Shown: positions 19,119-28,088 of the stretch, in pieces | How positions within the stretch are numbered: position 1 is the first letter of the stretch | Layout of the letters: each line of letters starts with the position of its first letter | Source: an uncultured Gemmatimonadales bacterium | GTDB lineage: Bacteria > Gemmatimonadota > Gemmatimonadetes > Gemmatimonadales > GWC2-71-9 | Assembly (NCBI GenBank): GCA_963771275.1 | Contig: CAVYSW010000005.1 | Coordinates: forward strand, 1-64,000 | Direction of reading: 5' to 3' | DNA: 64,000 nt | The notes under the pieces: generated by a model | Told to the model about the DNA's origin: nothing | The model's input: the letters and a program-made list of their open reading frames with translations, nothing else | Databases searched by the model: none | Made by a program: the position numbers and the translations under genes

Positions 19119-21731
19119 TCACATCCCGGGATTGGCGTACTTGACCAGCAGCGCCTGGAATCGCGCATCGCTCCGGATCGGGTCCCACAGCGGGTCGAGG
19201 CGGAGGGTGTGAGCGCTGACGCGTGACTGCCCGGCCAGAAGCCGCTCGATCGCCGCCAGCGCGGAATCGGTCTCGCCCAGGTGCACCAGGATCAGTGCTC
19301 GCGCCTCCGGCTCGGACGGGCAGCTGTGGTTGTTGCGGTACCCGTCCGACTGCTCCAGCCAGCGCGCCTCGCGCATCGCCGCCGCCCGGCGCCCGAGCGT
19401 CGCCATGATCATGCCACGCGTCATGTGCAGGCGCGCATCGCCGGGGCGTACCCGCAGCGCCGAGTCCAGCTGGGTAGCGGCCGAATCGAAGGCGGCGCGA
19501 CCCGCCGCGGTGTCGCCCGTCAGGTGGTAGGCCGACCCGGCGAGGACCAGACGCGAGGTGAAGCTCTCCCCGCTGGTCCACACATCACCGTGGAGCGTAC
19601 GGAGCAGCGCGAGCGCCGAGTCCGGGTGTCGGTCCCGCATCAGCATGTCCACCTGCTCCAGCCCGACCCGCGGGGCCCCACCGCCCGGCTCGACGTCCGG
19701 CAGCCCGCCGAGGGCGGCCCGGAGCGTGTCGACCTGGCCCTGCCACAGGACGTAGCTCCAGGCCAGGGCGATGTGCGGCTGGATGTAGTCCGGCGCGAGC
19801 ACCAACGCGCGGCGGTATGTCTCGATGGCCTCCGCATAGCGCCGGCGGCAATGGAGCCGGTTGCCTTGGGCCTGGAACAGATCCACGTTGCGGGGGTCGA
19901 GCTGCCTGGCGCGCTCGAACGCCAGGTCCGCGCCGTCCCAGTTCCCGCGCCGAGCCTCAACCACCGCGATGGCCGCCCACAGGGAGGCGTCGTTCGGCGC
20001 GTGGCGCGACGCCGCGGTGAGCTCCTTCAGCTCCCGCTGGTCGCCGTAGCGGCCGCAACAATACGCCAAGGCCATGGCGACATGCGCCTCGGGCAGGTTC
20101 GGCGCGAATCGCAGCGCGGCGTGGGCCTCTCGCAGCTGCAGGTCCGCCCGCGCCGGGGACGCGTCGTACCGGCGCGAGAACAGCCGGGCGTGCACAATCG
20201 AGAGCGCCGCGTGGGCAAGGGCAAAGGTCGAGTCGCGCTCGAGCGCGCGCTCGTACAGGCGCTGCGCGACCGCAAGGTCCTGGGGCAGGTCGCCTGCCCG
20301 CCGGGCGTACTCGCGCCCCTGGAGGTACAGGAGATACGCCTCGGCGTCGGCGGTGGGCGCCGCCGTGATGCCGCCCGCCTCCGCGCGCGAGAGCGTCACT
20401 CCGACCGCGCTCACGATCTGCCGCGCGATGTCGCTCTGCACCGCGAACGCGTCGTCCAGGGGCCGGTCGTAGGTCTCCGCCCAGAGACCCGCCTCGGTGA
20501 CGGGGTCGATGAGCTGCACGATCACCCGCAGCCGGTTCCCGACCACCTGAACACTGCCCTGGACGATGCTGCCGACCGCCAGCTCCTCGGCGATCTGGGC
20601 CGCTGGCGTTGACGTCCGCTGGTAACCGCTGACCGACGCGGGGCCGATGACCCGGAGCGCAGCCACCTGCGCGAGCTGCGCGAGCAGCTCGTCGTGGAGG
20701 CCGACGGCAAAGTAGGCATGCGACGTGTCGGTGGTGAGGTTGTGGAACGGCAGCACGGCGATGGCGGTGCGGGGAGGGCGGACCTCGGCTCCGCGGGTCC
20801 TCGGCCACAGCGCCGTCTGGATCGCCGCCACGACCACCACCACCGCCGCGATCCCCGCCACGCGCTTGAGCCAGCGCGGGACGCGCGCGGGCACCCGCAG
20901 CGCCGCGGCGGGCATCCGACCGGCGGCGGGCGGAGCGAGCGGGTGGCGATCAGGGCGGGCCGGCTCCACGGGCTTGGACCCGGCGGCCACCTCCCCAGCG
21001 GCGAGGCGGGACGCGGGTAGCTCTCCCCTGCGAATCCGCCCGATCGTGGCGGGCACCGAGGGGTCAGGCTCGAGGCCGGACTCCTCGCGGAGACGGTGGA
21101 CGTGAAGCTCCCCAACTTGAATGGCGTTGGCGCGATCGCCGATTGCCGACATCGCCTCCATCTGGCGGAGCACGAAATGCGAGTTCAGCGGATCGTGCTC
21201 CACGGCGCGTCCCCACCAGCGCGCCGCCTCAACCCAGGCCCCCGTGCCTTCCGCGGACGCGGCGAGCGCTTGGAGCGCATCGACGCATTCGCGTTCCAGT
21301 CGGGCGCGCTCGCCGGCCAGCCAATGCTCGAACTCCGGCGCGCCGTCCAGGTGGAACCCCTCGAGCAGCGGACCGCCATACGCCCGCACGGCGTCCGCGA
21401 GTCTGCCGGAAGCCACCGCCTGGGCGAATTCCAACACGTCCGACCCGACCACGGAGGCGTCGAGACGGAGCAAACTGGTGACGGATTGCAGCGATGCCGG
21501 CGTGAGCGCCTGGCGGATGGCGTGGAGGGCATCCCGGAGGCCCTGCCGGGCGTGGGCCTCGTCGCTCTCCGGCCAGAGCAGGGCCAGAAGGCGCTCGCGG
21601 GTGCAGCCGAGGTCGCCGCATACGGCGAGCACGGCGAGGACCGCCCTGGCCCGGCGGTGGGGCGGGGGCGGTAGCGGAGCCCCACCGGACCCCTCCAGCG
21701 CGAAGCCTCCGAGCACACGGAGGTGGAACAT
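19119..21731 (-). CDS. Membrane-anchored SARP/BTAD activator with TolB-N and TPR domains
   Basis: MFHLRVLGG, RERLLALLWPESD, BTAD, TM VAGIAAVVVVVAAIQTALW, AIAVLPF TolB-N, TPRs, LRLDPLWDPIRSDARFQAL tail. Confidence 0.92.
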   Translation of the reverse strand: MFHLRVLGGFALEGSGGAPLPPPPHRRARAVLAVLAVCGDLGCTRERLLALLWPESDEAHARQGLRDALHAIRQALTPASLQSVTSLLRLDASVVGSDVLEFAQAVASGRLADAVRAYGGPLLEGFHLDGAPEFEHWLAGERARLERECVDALQALAASAEGTGAWVEAARWWGRAVEHDPLNSHFVLRQMEAMSAIGDRANAIQVGELHVHRLREESGLEPDPSVPATIGRIRRGELPASRLAAGEVAAGSKPVEPARPDRHPLAPPAAGRMPAAALRVPARVPRWLKRVAGIAAVVVVVAAIQTALWPRTRGAEVRPPRTAIAVLPFHNLTTDTSHAYFAVGLHDELLAQLAQVAALRVIGPASVSGYQRTSTPAAQIAEELAVGSIVQGSVQVVGNRLRVIVQLIDPVTEAGLWAETYDRPLDDAFAVQSDIARQIVSAVGVTLSRAEAGGITAAPTADAEAYLLYLQGREYARRAGDLPQDLAVAQRLYERALERDSTFALAHAALSIVHARLFSRRYDASPARADLQLREAHAALRFAPNLPEAHVAMALAYCCGRYGDQRELKELTAASRHAPNDASLWAAIAVVEARRGNWDGADLAFERARQLDPRNVDLFQAQGNRLHCRRRYAEAIETYRRALVLAPDYIQPHIALAWSYVLWQGQVDTLRAALGGLPDVEPGGGAPRVGLEQVDMLMRDRHPDSALALLRTLHGDVWTSGESFTSRLVLAGSAYHLTGDTAAGRAAFDSAATQLDSALRVRPGDARLHMTRGMIMATLGRRAAAMREARWLEQSDGYRNNHSCPSEPEARALILVHLGETDSALAAIERLLAGQSRVSAHTLRLDPLWDPIRSDARFQALLVKYANPGM

Positions 21732-21858
21732 CGTGGCTGCAGCCGTGATTCCCCACCGCCTTTGTCGCAATTCTGCGATGCTGCGTTATCCTGGCCCCCC
21801 GCCGCTCGGAAGGCAAGAGGCGCGCCACGCCCCCCGTAGCCGTCTTGCAGGCCGCGGC

Positions 21859-21910
21859 CACAGCCAGGCAACGGCGTCACGACGCCCGCCCAACGCCTCG
21901 TTCCTATCGT
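21859..21910 (+). promoter_or_regulatory. Putative SARP-dependent promoter: four repeats at exact 11-bp pitch plus -10 box
   Basis: CACAGC 21859, AACGGC 21870, GACGCC 21881 and AACGCC 21892; ccTATCGT at 21905-21910. Confidence 0.6.
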
Positions 21911-21995
21911 TCCGCGCTCGGAGACCAGCCAAGCACCGGGGTCCCCGGCATCCGGCCGGACCCCGGGCGGGTTATCTCGACTCACGGAGGCGGCA

Positions 21996-22523
21996 ATGAG
22001 AAGGTGCATAGGTGCGATGCGAGTCGTGGGTGGGGTCATGCTGACCGCCATGCTCGCCTGTGAGCAGCCACCGACAGCCACGGACGACGCCGCTGCGGGC
22101 GCGGTCATGCTCGGCCGGTACAATGACAACGGTGCCAGTCTCTGGCTGCCCGATGGCTCCCTGCCTTGCGCCGTGGTCGATGGCACCGGCGCCTTCGTGC
22201 CTGTGCCGTGCACGATGCAGGTCGCGACACCCGCGTCGCACTCGAACGCGATGGTGGTGGTCCGGGCATCGGGCGTCCCCAACCCGACCGGCAAGACCGT
22301 TCACTGGGGCCCGGAGAATCCAGGGTACATGTGGGCCGGGCTCTTCGCTGCGACGTTCGGGCTCACCGCGCCCCCATACCCCTGCGGGGTCAAGGTGGGG
22401 CCTGGCTCCACGTACTTCGTGGATATCCTCTTCACCCTGGATTGGCACGCGACCGTGACACCGAGTGGAGAGGCCACCGTGACGTGTCATTACAGCACCA
22501 AGTCGGCGTGGCTCCCGTCGTAG
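21996..22523 (+). CDS. Hypothetical lipoprotein (beta-rich, several Cys)
   Basis: GGAGG RBS and lipobox MLAC; divergent from the SARP gene. Confidence 0.75.
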   Translation: MRRCIGAMRVVGGVMLTAMLACEQPPTATDDAAAGAVMLGRYNDNGASLWLPDGSLPCAVVDGTGAFVPVPCTMQVATPASHSNAMVVVRASGVPNPTGKTVHWGPENPGYMWAGLFAATFGLTAPPYPCGVKVGPGSTYFVDILFTLDWHATVTPSGEATVTCHYSTKSAWLPS

Positions 22524-22926
22524 GGTAGCCGGCCGGCGACGTCGTGCGGGCGCAGCGGCCTCCGGCAGAGGCCGCTGCGCCCGCCGCGCCACTGGCTGGA
22601 CCGCTCCCCGCGGACGACGACCCGATGCTCGTGTCGCGAGGATAGCCGGAGCACGCAACCGTCGCTACCCTGAAATCTGAGCGTGTATCGCTCATTTTTC
22701 ATCCACGCCGACGCTGCTCGACCGCCCCGCCTGCTTGGCGATCTCCCCCAGGGCCCTGATACCCGAGCGGCTCCCTCCCATTGTCATGCTCTCCGCTTCT
22801 TACCCAAGAGCGCGCTGCGCTGCATGTTGGGGTCACGGAACGGGGGTGCTGCTCGGGGCCGTCCGCGCGACGGACGCCGCGCGTGGCCTCTGTCGCGTCT
22901 CGAACTCATCGACTTGAGGAGGTCGT

Positions 22927-23673
22927 ATGAAACAGCCTCGCGTCGTGATCCTGTGCGCCGTCTTGGTGGTCGGGGCCGTTGCCTGGAGTGCGTGCGGCGA
23001 GAACGAGCCGGTACCGGTGGCGTCGGTGGAAGTCACGCCGCTGGCGGACACGGTGCGGGCTGGCGCGACGATTCAGCTCACGGCGACGCTGAAGGACATG
23101 GACGACAACCCGCTGACCGGACGCACGATCACCTGGGCGAGCGACGACGAGGCGGTTGCGACGGTGGGCAGCGGCACGGGTCTCGTGACGGGCGAGGGCA
23201 GCGGGGCCGCGACGATTACCGCGACGAGCGAGGGTCAGACCGGCACGGCGGACGTCACCGTCTGGGTGGGCGTCACCGGGAGCTGGTCGGGTACCCTGGA
23301 CGTCCCCGGCGGCCCGTGTCAGCTGGACCTGGCAATCACCGAAGCTGGGACCGGTACCATCACCGGGACCAGCCAACTGTTCGCACCCTGTCTTGCCTCA
23401 GCCTTCACTGTCACGGGAACGAACCACACCGGCGGAGTGACGGACAGTGTCGTCATGGCGTTCGCCGCAGGTGGTCCGGCGTTCGAGTTTAGAGGGATGT
23501 TCGACGGCGACGCCACATTGACTGGTGTGGTGGACGCCGGGACCCCCTACCCCGCGACCATCACGCGCCAGAGCTTCTCGCCGGCTCCCCCAGCCCAGGC
23601 TGCGGCACGGGCCGATATCCGCTCGCGGACGGTGACACATCCGTGGCCGCCGCGCACGCCGAGCAGGCGGTAG
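22927..23673 (+). CDS. Ig-like (Big_2) domain lipoprotein
   Basis: GAGGAGG RBS, WSAC lipobox, VASVEVTP...ITWASDDEAVATV...GLVTG...ATITATSEG. Confidence 0.85.
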   Translation: MKQPRVVILCAVLVVGAVAWSACGENEPVPVASVEVTPLADTVRAGATIQLTATLKDMDDNPLTGRTITWASDDEAVATVGSGTGLVTGEGSGAATITATSEGQTGTADVTVWVGVTGSWSGTLDVPGGPCQLDLAITEAGTGTITGTSQLFAPCLASAFTVTGTNHTGGVTDSVVMAFAAGGPAFEFRGMFDGDATLTGVVDAGTPYPATITRQSFSPAPPAQAAARADIRSRTVTHPWPPRTPSRR

Positions 23674-23842
23674 GTCGGCAGAACCGCTGACGACCGTTGC
23701 GGAGAAGGTAGCTGCGGCTGCCCTCGGCGCATCTCCCGCCCGGCCGCACGCCGGGCGGTGCTGTACAGACCCGCCCCGACCTTCGTCCTTGCGTCCACCG
23801 GCCCCGGCGCCGACTCTTGCTCAAGCGAAGAAGGGAGGCCCG

Positions 23843-24835
23843 CTGCCGTACCAACCATCGCCGCGCCGTTACGACGTGATGCCCTACAACCGCTGCGGGA
23901 AGAGCGGGCTCAAGCTGCCGGCCATCTCGCTCGGGCTGTGGCACAACTTCGGTGGGGTGGATGACTACGCGACCGCACGCGCCATGGCCCACCGCGCGTT
24001 CGATCTGGGCATCACCCACTTCGATCTGGCGAACAACTACGGCCCCCCCTACGGATCCGCCGAGCAGACGTTCGGCCGCATCCTCAAGGAGGGCCTGAGG
24101 ATCTATCGCGACGAGCTGATCATCTCGTCCAAGGCGGGATGGGACATGTGGCCGGGGCCGTACGGCGACTGGGGCTCGCGCAAGTATCTGCTTGCCTCGC
24201 TCGACCAGAGCCTCAGCCGCTTGGGGCTCGAGTACGTGGACATCTTCTATCACCACCGCCCCGATCCCGACACCCCGCTCGAGGAGACGATGGGGGCGCT
24301 CGCCGCCGCCGTGCGCCAGGGCAAGGCGCTCTACGTGGGGATCTCGGCCTACTCGCCTGAGCTAACGCGCCGGGCGGCCGCGGTGCTGCGGGACCTTGGG
24401 ACGCCGTGCCTGATCCACCAGCCGCGCTACAGCATGTTCGACCGGTCCGTGGAGCGCGGCTTGCTCGACGTCCTCGACGAGGAAGGCATCGGCTGCGTCG
24501 TGTTCTCACCGCTCGCGCAAGGGCTGCTCACCGGCCGGTATCTCGACGGCGTCCCGGACGATTCGCGCGCGGCCAAGCCGCATGGCTACCTCAAGCGCGG
24601 CGCCGTGACGGACGGCGTGGTCGCGCGCGCGCGGGCGCTCGACGCAATCGCGCGGGCGCGCGGCCAGTCGCTGGCGCAGATGGCGCTGGCGTGGGTGCTG
24701 CGCCACAAGACGGTCACGTCGGCCCTGGTGGGCGCGAGCCGAGTGTCGCAGCTCGAGGACTGTGTCGCGGCGCTCGCCAATCTGCGGTTTGCCGACGGCG
24801 AGCTCGCCGCGATCGACGCGATCCTGAGCGGGTGA
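23843..24835 (+). CDS. mgrA: Aldo/keto reductase, L-glyceraldehyde-3-phosphate reductase (YghZ/MgrA-like)
   Basis: SLGLWHNFG, HFDLANNYGPPYGSAE, SSKAGWDMWPGPYGDWGSRKY and FSPLAQGLL. Start uncertain (CTG 23843 after GGAGG, or ATG 23879). Confidence 0.9.
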   Translation: MPYQPSPRRYDVMPYNRCGKSGLKLPAISLGLWHNFGGVDDYATARAMAHRAFDLGITHFDLANNYGPPYGSAEQTFGRILKEGLRIYRDELIISSKAGWDMWPGPYGDWGSRKYLLASLDQSLSRLGLEYVDIFYHHRPDPDTPLEETMGALAAAVRQGKALYVGISAYSPELTRRAAAVLRDLGTPCLIHQPRYSMFDRSVERGLLDVLDEEGIGCVVFSPLAQGLLTGRYLDGVPDDSRAAKPHGYLKRGAVTDGVVARARALDAIARARGQSLAQMALAWVLRHKTVTSALVGASRVSQLEDCVAALANLRFADGELAAIDAILSG

Positions 24836-25096
24836 CGGCACCCGGGTTCCGATCCTCTTCCGCTGCGGACGGTTTTCCGAGAAGCATGTCGCTCGCACCA
24901 GTCCCCAATGCCGACGGCCGTGCTCGGCATCGCGCAGTTGCGCATCGTGGGCCCGTTCGCAGATTACCCCCGTCGTCAGGTCGTGTTGGTCGCGCGCTGG
25001 TCCGCGGCCGGCTGCCGTGACGGATCGCTTCGACCCGCCCTCCGACAACCTCCCCGGGCTCGGCGTGCACACGCTGTACCTGCGCGAGGAGGAATC

Positions 25097-25459
25097 ATGC
25101 GGCTCATCCGACCGAGCGCGGCGGTCTGCGCGCTCGCGGCGTTCGGGCTGGGGAGTTGCGGGGACGGCGGCACCGCGCCGGAGGACTGCACCGGCACCTG
25201 CATCGAGGTATCCAACATCTCCACCCTCACCGTGGACGAGGTCAAGTTCAGCGCTTGCGGCAACTCCGACTGGGGCAGCGATCGGCTCGGGTCCGGCGCG
25301 ATTGCCCCGGGTGAGCAGCGGGCGTGGGCGGTGACGGCGGGGTGCTGGGACATCTCGGCGGTGGCGCCGTTCAACGGTCAGTTCTGCGGGAACACGGAGT
25401 ACGGCGTGGACGTCGCGGCGGGCTCGACGTACGTGATGGAGTATCACGGCTGCCCATAG
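25097..25459 (+). CDS. Small Cys-rich lipoprotein
   Basis: GAGGAGG RBS, LGSC lipobox, WGSDRLG...IAPGE motif. Confidence 0.75.
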   Translation: MRLIRPSAAVCALAAFGLGSCGDGGTAPEDCTGTCIEVSNISTLTVDEVKFSACGNSDWGSDRLGSGAIAPGEQRAWAVTAGCWDISAVAPFNGQFCGNTEYGVDVAAGSTYVMEYHGCP

Positions 25460-25542
25460 GGAGGAGAGCCTGCCGTATCTGAAGACTGCGCATGGCGGCC
25501 AGGTCGCCCCGGTCGCCCGCGCCACCCACCCTGCGGTGCCTG

Positions 25543-25998
25543 CTACTCGATCTTGACCGTGATCTGCCGCGGCTTCGCTGCCTCGACCTTCGGCAGCAGC
25601 ACCGTCAACAGACCCGACTCGAACTTCGCGACGATCTTGTTCGCGTCAATCGTCGCCGGCAAGGTGAAGGAGCGTTCGAACATGCCATACGTGCGCTCGA
25701 ACCGGTACACCTTGTCGTCCTGCCGCTCCTCTGCCTTCTTCTCGCCCTGGAGCGTGAGCACGTTGTTCTCGAGCGAGATCCGCACGTCCTCCGACTTCAC
25801 GCCCGGCAGCTCGGCCACGAGGCGGATCGTATCCCGCTCTTCGATGACGTCCACCAGCGGCATCCAGTGCCCGAACAGCGAGCTGTTTTCGTCCTGCTGG
25901 AGCCGGGACTCGAGCATGTGCTCGAGCAGCCGGCTGAGTCGGTTCGGATACTGCGTATCCAGAACCGGCCACATGGGGTTGAGCTTCGCGACTTGCAT
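25543..25998 (-). CDS. Hsp20/alpha-crystallin small heat-shock protein
   Basis: WMPLVDV, AELPGV, ERTYGMFERSFTLP and GLLTVLLPK; C-terminal ITV motif. Confidence 0.95.
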   Translation of the reverse strand: MQVAKLNPMWPVLDTQYPNRLSRLLEHMLESRLQQDENSSLFGHWMPLVDVIEERDTIRLVAELPGVKSEDVRISLENNVLTLQGEKKAEERQDDKVYRFERTYGMFERSFTLPATIDANKIVAKFESGLLTVLLPKVEAAKPRQITVKIE

Positions 25999-26025
25999 GG
26001 TGCGACCCTCCCTGGGGGGGACGCG

Positions 26026-26343
26026 CTAGTTGCGCGCGGCCGAGATGTTGTGGAAGGTCGAGTTGGCCACTTCGTAGCCATCGAGCTCGGGCGTTCCCTC
26101 AACGACCTTCGCCATGCTCTTCAGCACCTGGGGATACGTGTCGCGGTTATACGCATCCGCGCTCTCCTTCTTGTCCCACATGCTGATGGCCACCGCTTCG
26201 TTGCGGCTGCCGGCGACGAACGTGATCTCGTCCTTGAAGCCGTTCTGCCTGCGCAGCACCGGCAGGACGTCCTGTTCCACCGTGCGGGTGAACTCGGCAG
26301 CCGTGTTGGCCTTGAGGTGCAACGTGAGGTTCCGTGCGTACAT
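26026..26343 (-). CDS. Small dimeric alpha-beta barrel (ABM-like) protein
   Basis: AAGGAG RBS; VLPVLRRQNGF...AISMWDKKESADAY pattern. Confidence 0.75.
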   Translation of the reverse strand: MYARNLTLHLKANTAAEFTRTVEQDVLPVLRRQNGFKDEITFVAGSRNEAVAISMWDKKESADAYNRDTYPQVLKSMAKVVEGTPELDGYEVANSTFHNISAARN

Positions 26344-26408
26344 GTGCGACTCCTTCATGAAGCGACCGACATGAACCTGCGACAACTGCTGGGAATAGGT
26401 ACTGGCGA

Positions 26409-26437
26409 ACGGTAGCGGACTTTACTATCTTTGTCAA
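26409..26437 (-). promoter_or_regulatory. Sigma70-type promoter for the ABM-hsp20 operon
   Basis: Minus strand TTGACA (26437-26432), 17-bp spacer, TACCGT (26414-26409), in an AT-richer intergenic region. Confidence 0.7.
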
Positions 26438-26510
26438 GTGATGCTCTCTCGTGCTCGCGCAGCTTGACCATTATGTGTTAAGCGCGTTGGCCCCCGCGAG
26501 GAGGAGCCCG

Positions 26511-27365
26511 ATGGACGTGTCGTTCGTGATCCGGCAGCGGCTCGAGCAGCTGGGACTGGAGCAAAAGGACCTCGCCCGAGCCGCCCGCGTGACCGAGTCG
26601 TACATCTCCCAGCTGCTGGCGCGGAAGAAGGCACCGCCCGCGCCGAACCGGACGGACATCTATAACCGGATGGACCGGGTGCTGAAGCTGCCCATCGGGG
26701 GGCTGGCGAAGCTCGCCGCCGCGCAGCGGAAGGACGAGTTGAAGCGGGAGCTGGGGGACGAGCCCGCCCCGCTGTTCCTGGAAGTGCGCGCCTTGATCCT
26801 GCGGAAATGCCGTCGCGCCAAGGAACGGGAGGTCCGCGCGGTGTTCGAGCAGCAGCCCTTCGGCGAGCTCGAGCGCCTGGTCACCCAGAAGCTGCTCGAC
26901 GTCGTGAAGCGGGTGGCCCGCGCGGAGCTGCAGCATGACTACTGGCTCCGCATGGTGGCGCGACTCGGCGGCCGCAGCTTCGAAGAGATGCGGGTGATCG
27001 TGCTGGAGTTCCTCGATACCGACATCTTCCACCTGTCGGCCGAGCACTGCGTGGCGTTCCTGGATCCGCTGATCGCCTCCTGGGACATCGACCTCGCGAC
27101 GTTCGGACTCGAAATCGTCCTGAACCATCAGGTCGCCGCCGAGCACGTGCGACGATTCGAGTTCGTCGAGCGGGGGCCCGAGGGGCCGGCCGAAGAGCCG
27201 GGGCTTCAGGCATTCCTGCAAGACCCGTCCCTCAGCGGCACCGCGACGGCGGAGGAAGTGGAGTTTCTCAGGCAGCTGAGCTTCCGGAAGGAGCGGCCCA
27301 CGGCGCTCTATTACTACCGCGAGCTGCAGAGTCTGAGGGATCCGCTGCACTTCCGCACGGCGTAG
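26511..27365 (+). CDS. XRE-family HTH transcriptional regulator with large C-terminal domain
   Basis: GAGGAG RBS; QKDLARAARVTESYISQL HTH; divergent from ABM-hsp20. Confidence 0.85.
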   Translation: MDVSFVIRQRLEQLGLEQKDLARAARVTESYISQLLARKKAPPAPNRTDIYNRMDRVLKLPIGGLAKLAAAQRKDELKRELGDEPAPLFLEVRALILRKCRRAKEREVRAVFEQQPFGELERLVTQKLLDVVKRVARAELQHDYWLRMVARLGGRSFEEMRVIVLEFLDTDIFHLSAEHCVAFLDPLIASWDIDLATFGLEIVLNHQVAAEHVRRFEFVERGPEGPAEEPGLQAFLQDPSLSGTATAEEVEFLRQLSFRKERPTALYYYRELQSLRDPLHFRTA

Positions 27366-27417
27366 AGGGGTCGCCGCGGAGAGGCTTCAGCCAGGGGCGG
27401 GTCTGGAAGGCCGGAGG

Positions 27418-27822
27418 CTATTCTGCAAAGTACTGTCGGACCTTTGCCGCAATCTGGCGATCCGTCATCTTGTCGACTGCTTCAACAGCGGCGATGCGTT
27501 CGCCCAGCTTGTCTTTTTCAAGACGCTTCTTCAGCTCGCCCTTCGCCTCACCGGGGCCGAATATCAGAATGAATTCCGCATCACGAAGGCACGCGACTAC
27601 CGCCTCGTAGTAGATGTTGAGATGTCCGGTCAACGTCCTCTGGCGGCTATCATCCGCCGGCACTTTCTGCGCTTCATAGCGCCCCTTGAGGGGCGAATCC
27701 CCAGCACGTTGGGGGTGCTTCTCGACCTTCGATACTACCAGGGCCGTCTCTTCCCCTGTGTCCGTAACAGCCACGATAATGGCCTTCCTATGGTCAATCC
27801 ACAGGCCCACTCTGGTTCGCAT
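27418..27822 (-). CDS. Host-attachment / bacterial eRF1-like (baeRF) small protein
   Basis: AAGGAG RBS; VGLWIDHRKAIIV, ILIFGPGEAKGEL and DKMTDRQIAAKVR. The long upstream extension in the ORF track is spurious. Confidence 0.75.
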   Translation of the reverse strand: MRTRVGLWIDHRKAIIVAVTDTGEETALVVSKVEKHPQRAGDSPLKGRYEAQKVPADDSRQRTLTGHLNIYYEAVVACLRDAEFILIFGPGEAKGELKKRLEKDKLGERIAAVEAVDKMTDRQIAAKVRQYFAE

Positions 27823-28088
27823 TCGCGTGCTCCTTCGGTCGACATTGTTGACGTTGAGGAAGTCGGCCGCGCGCTGGTACGGCGCGGCCTCGTTTTCGGC
27901 GATCTCGAAGCGGGACTCGGAGCGCGTACCACATTCGTCGCCTGCGGAGCCCGCGAAGCACGCGATCGCCGGGGCCCCGCGAGGGGACGACAAAGTAGGT
28001 GGCAACCCACTACTGCACCAACATACACGTACAATATACCCGCGAGCGATCCCCTCCCGGGGGTTCGCGCTCAGCGACAGCGCCCCCG

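Noticed and set aside
24960..25080. SARP-like GAC repeats upstream of the 25097 lipoprotein
   Set aside because: Spacing is 12-13 bp rather than 11, and there is no correctly placed -10 box.
27823..28040. Possible cold-shock gene remnant (RFEIAENEAAP) and structured leader
   Set aside because: Similarity is limited to a few residues, and no RNP motifs are visible.
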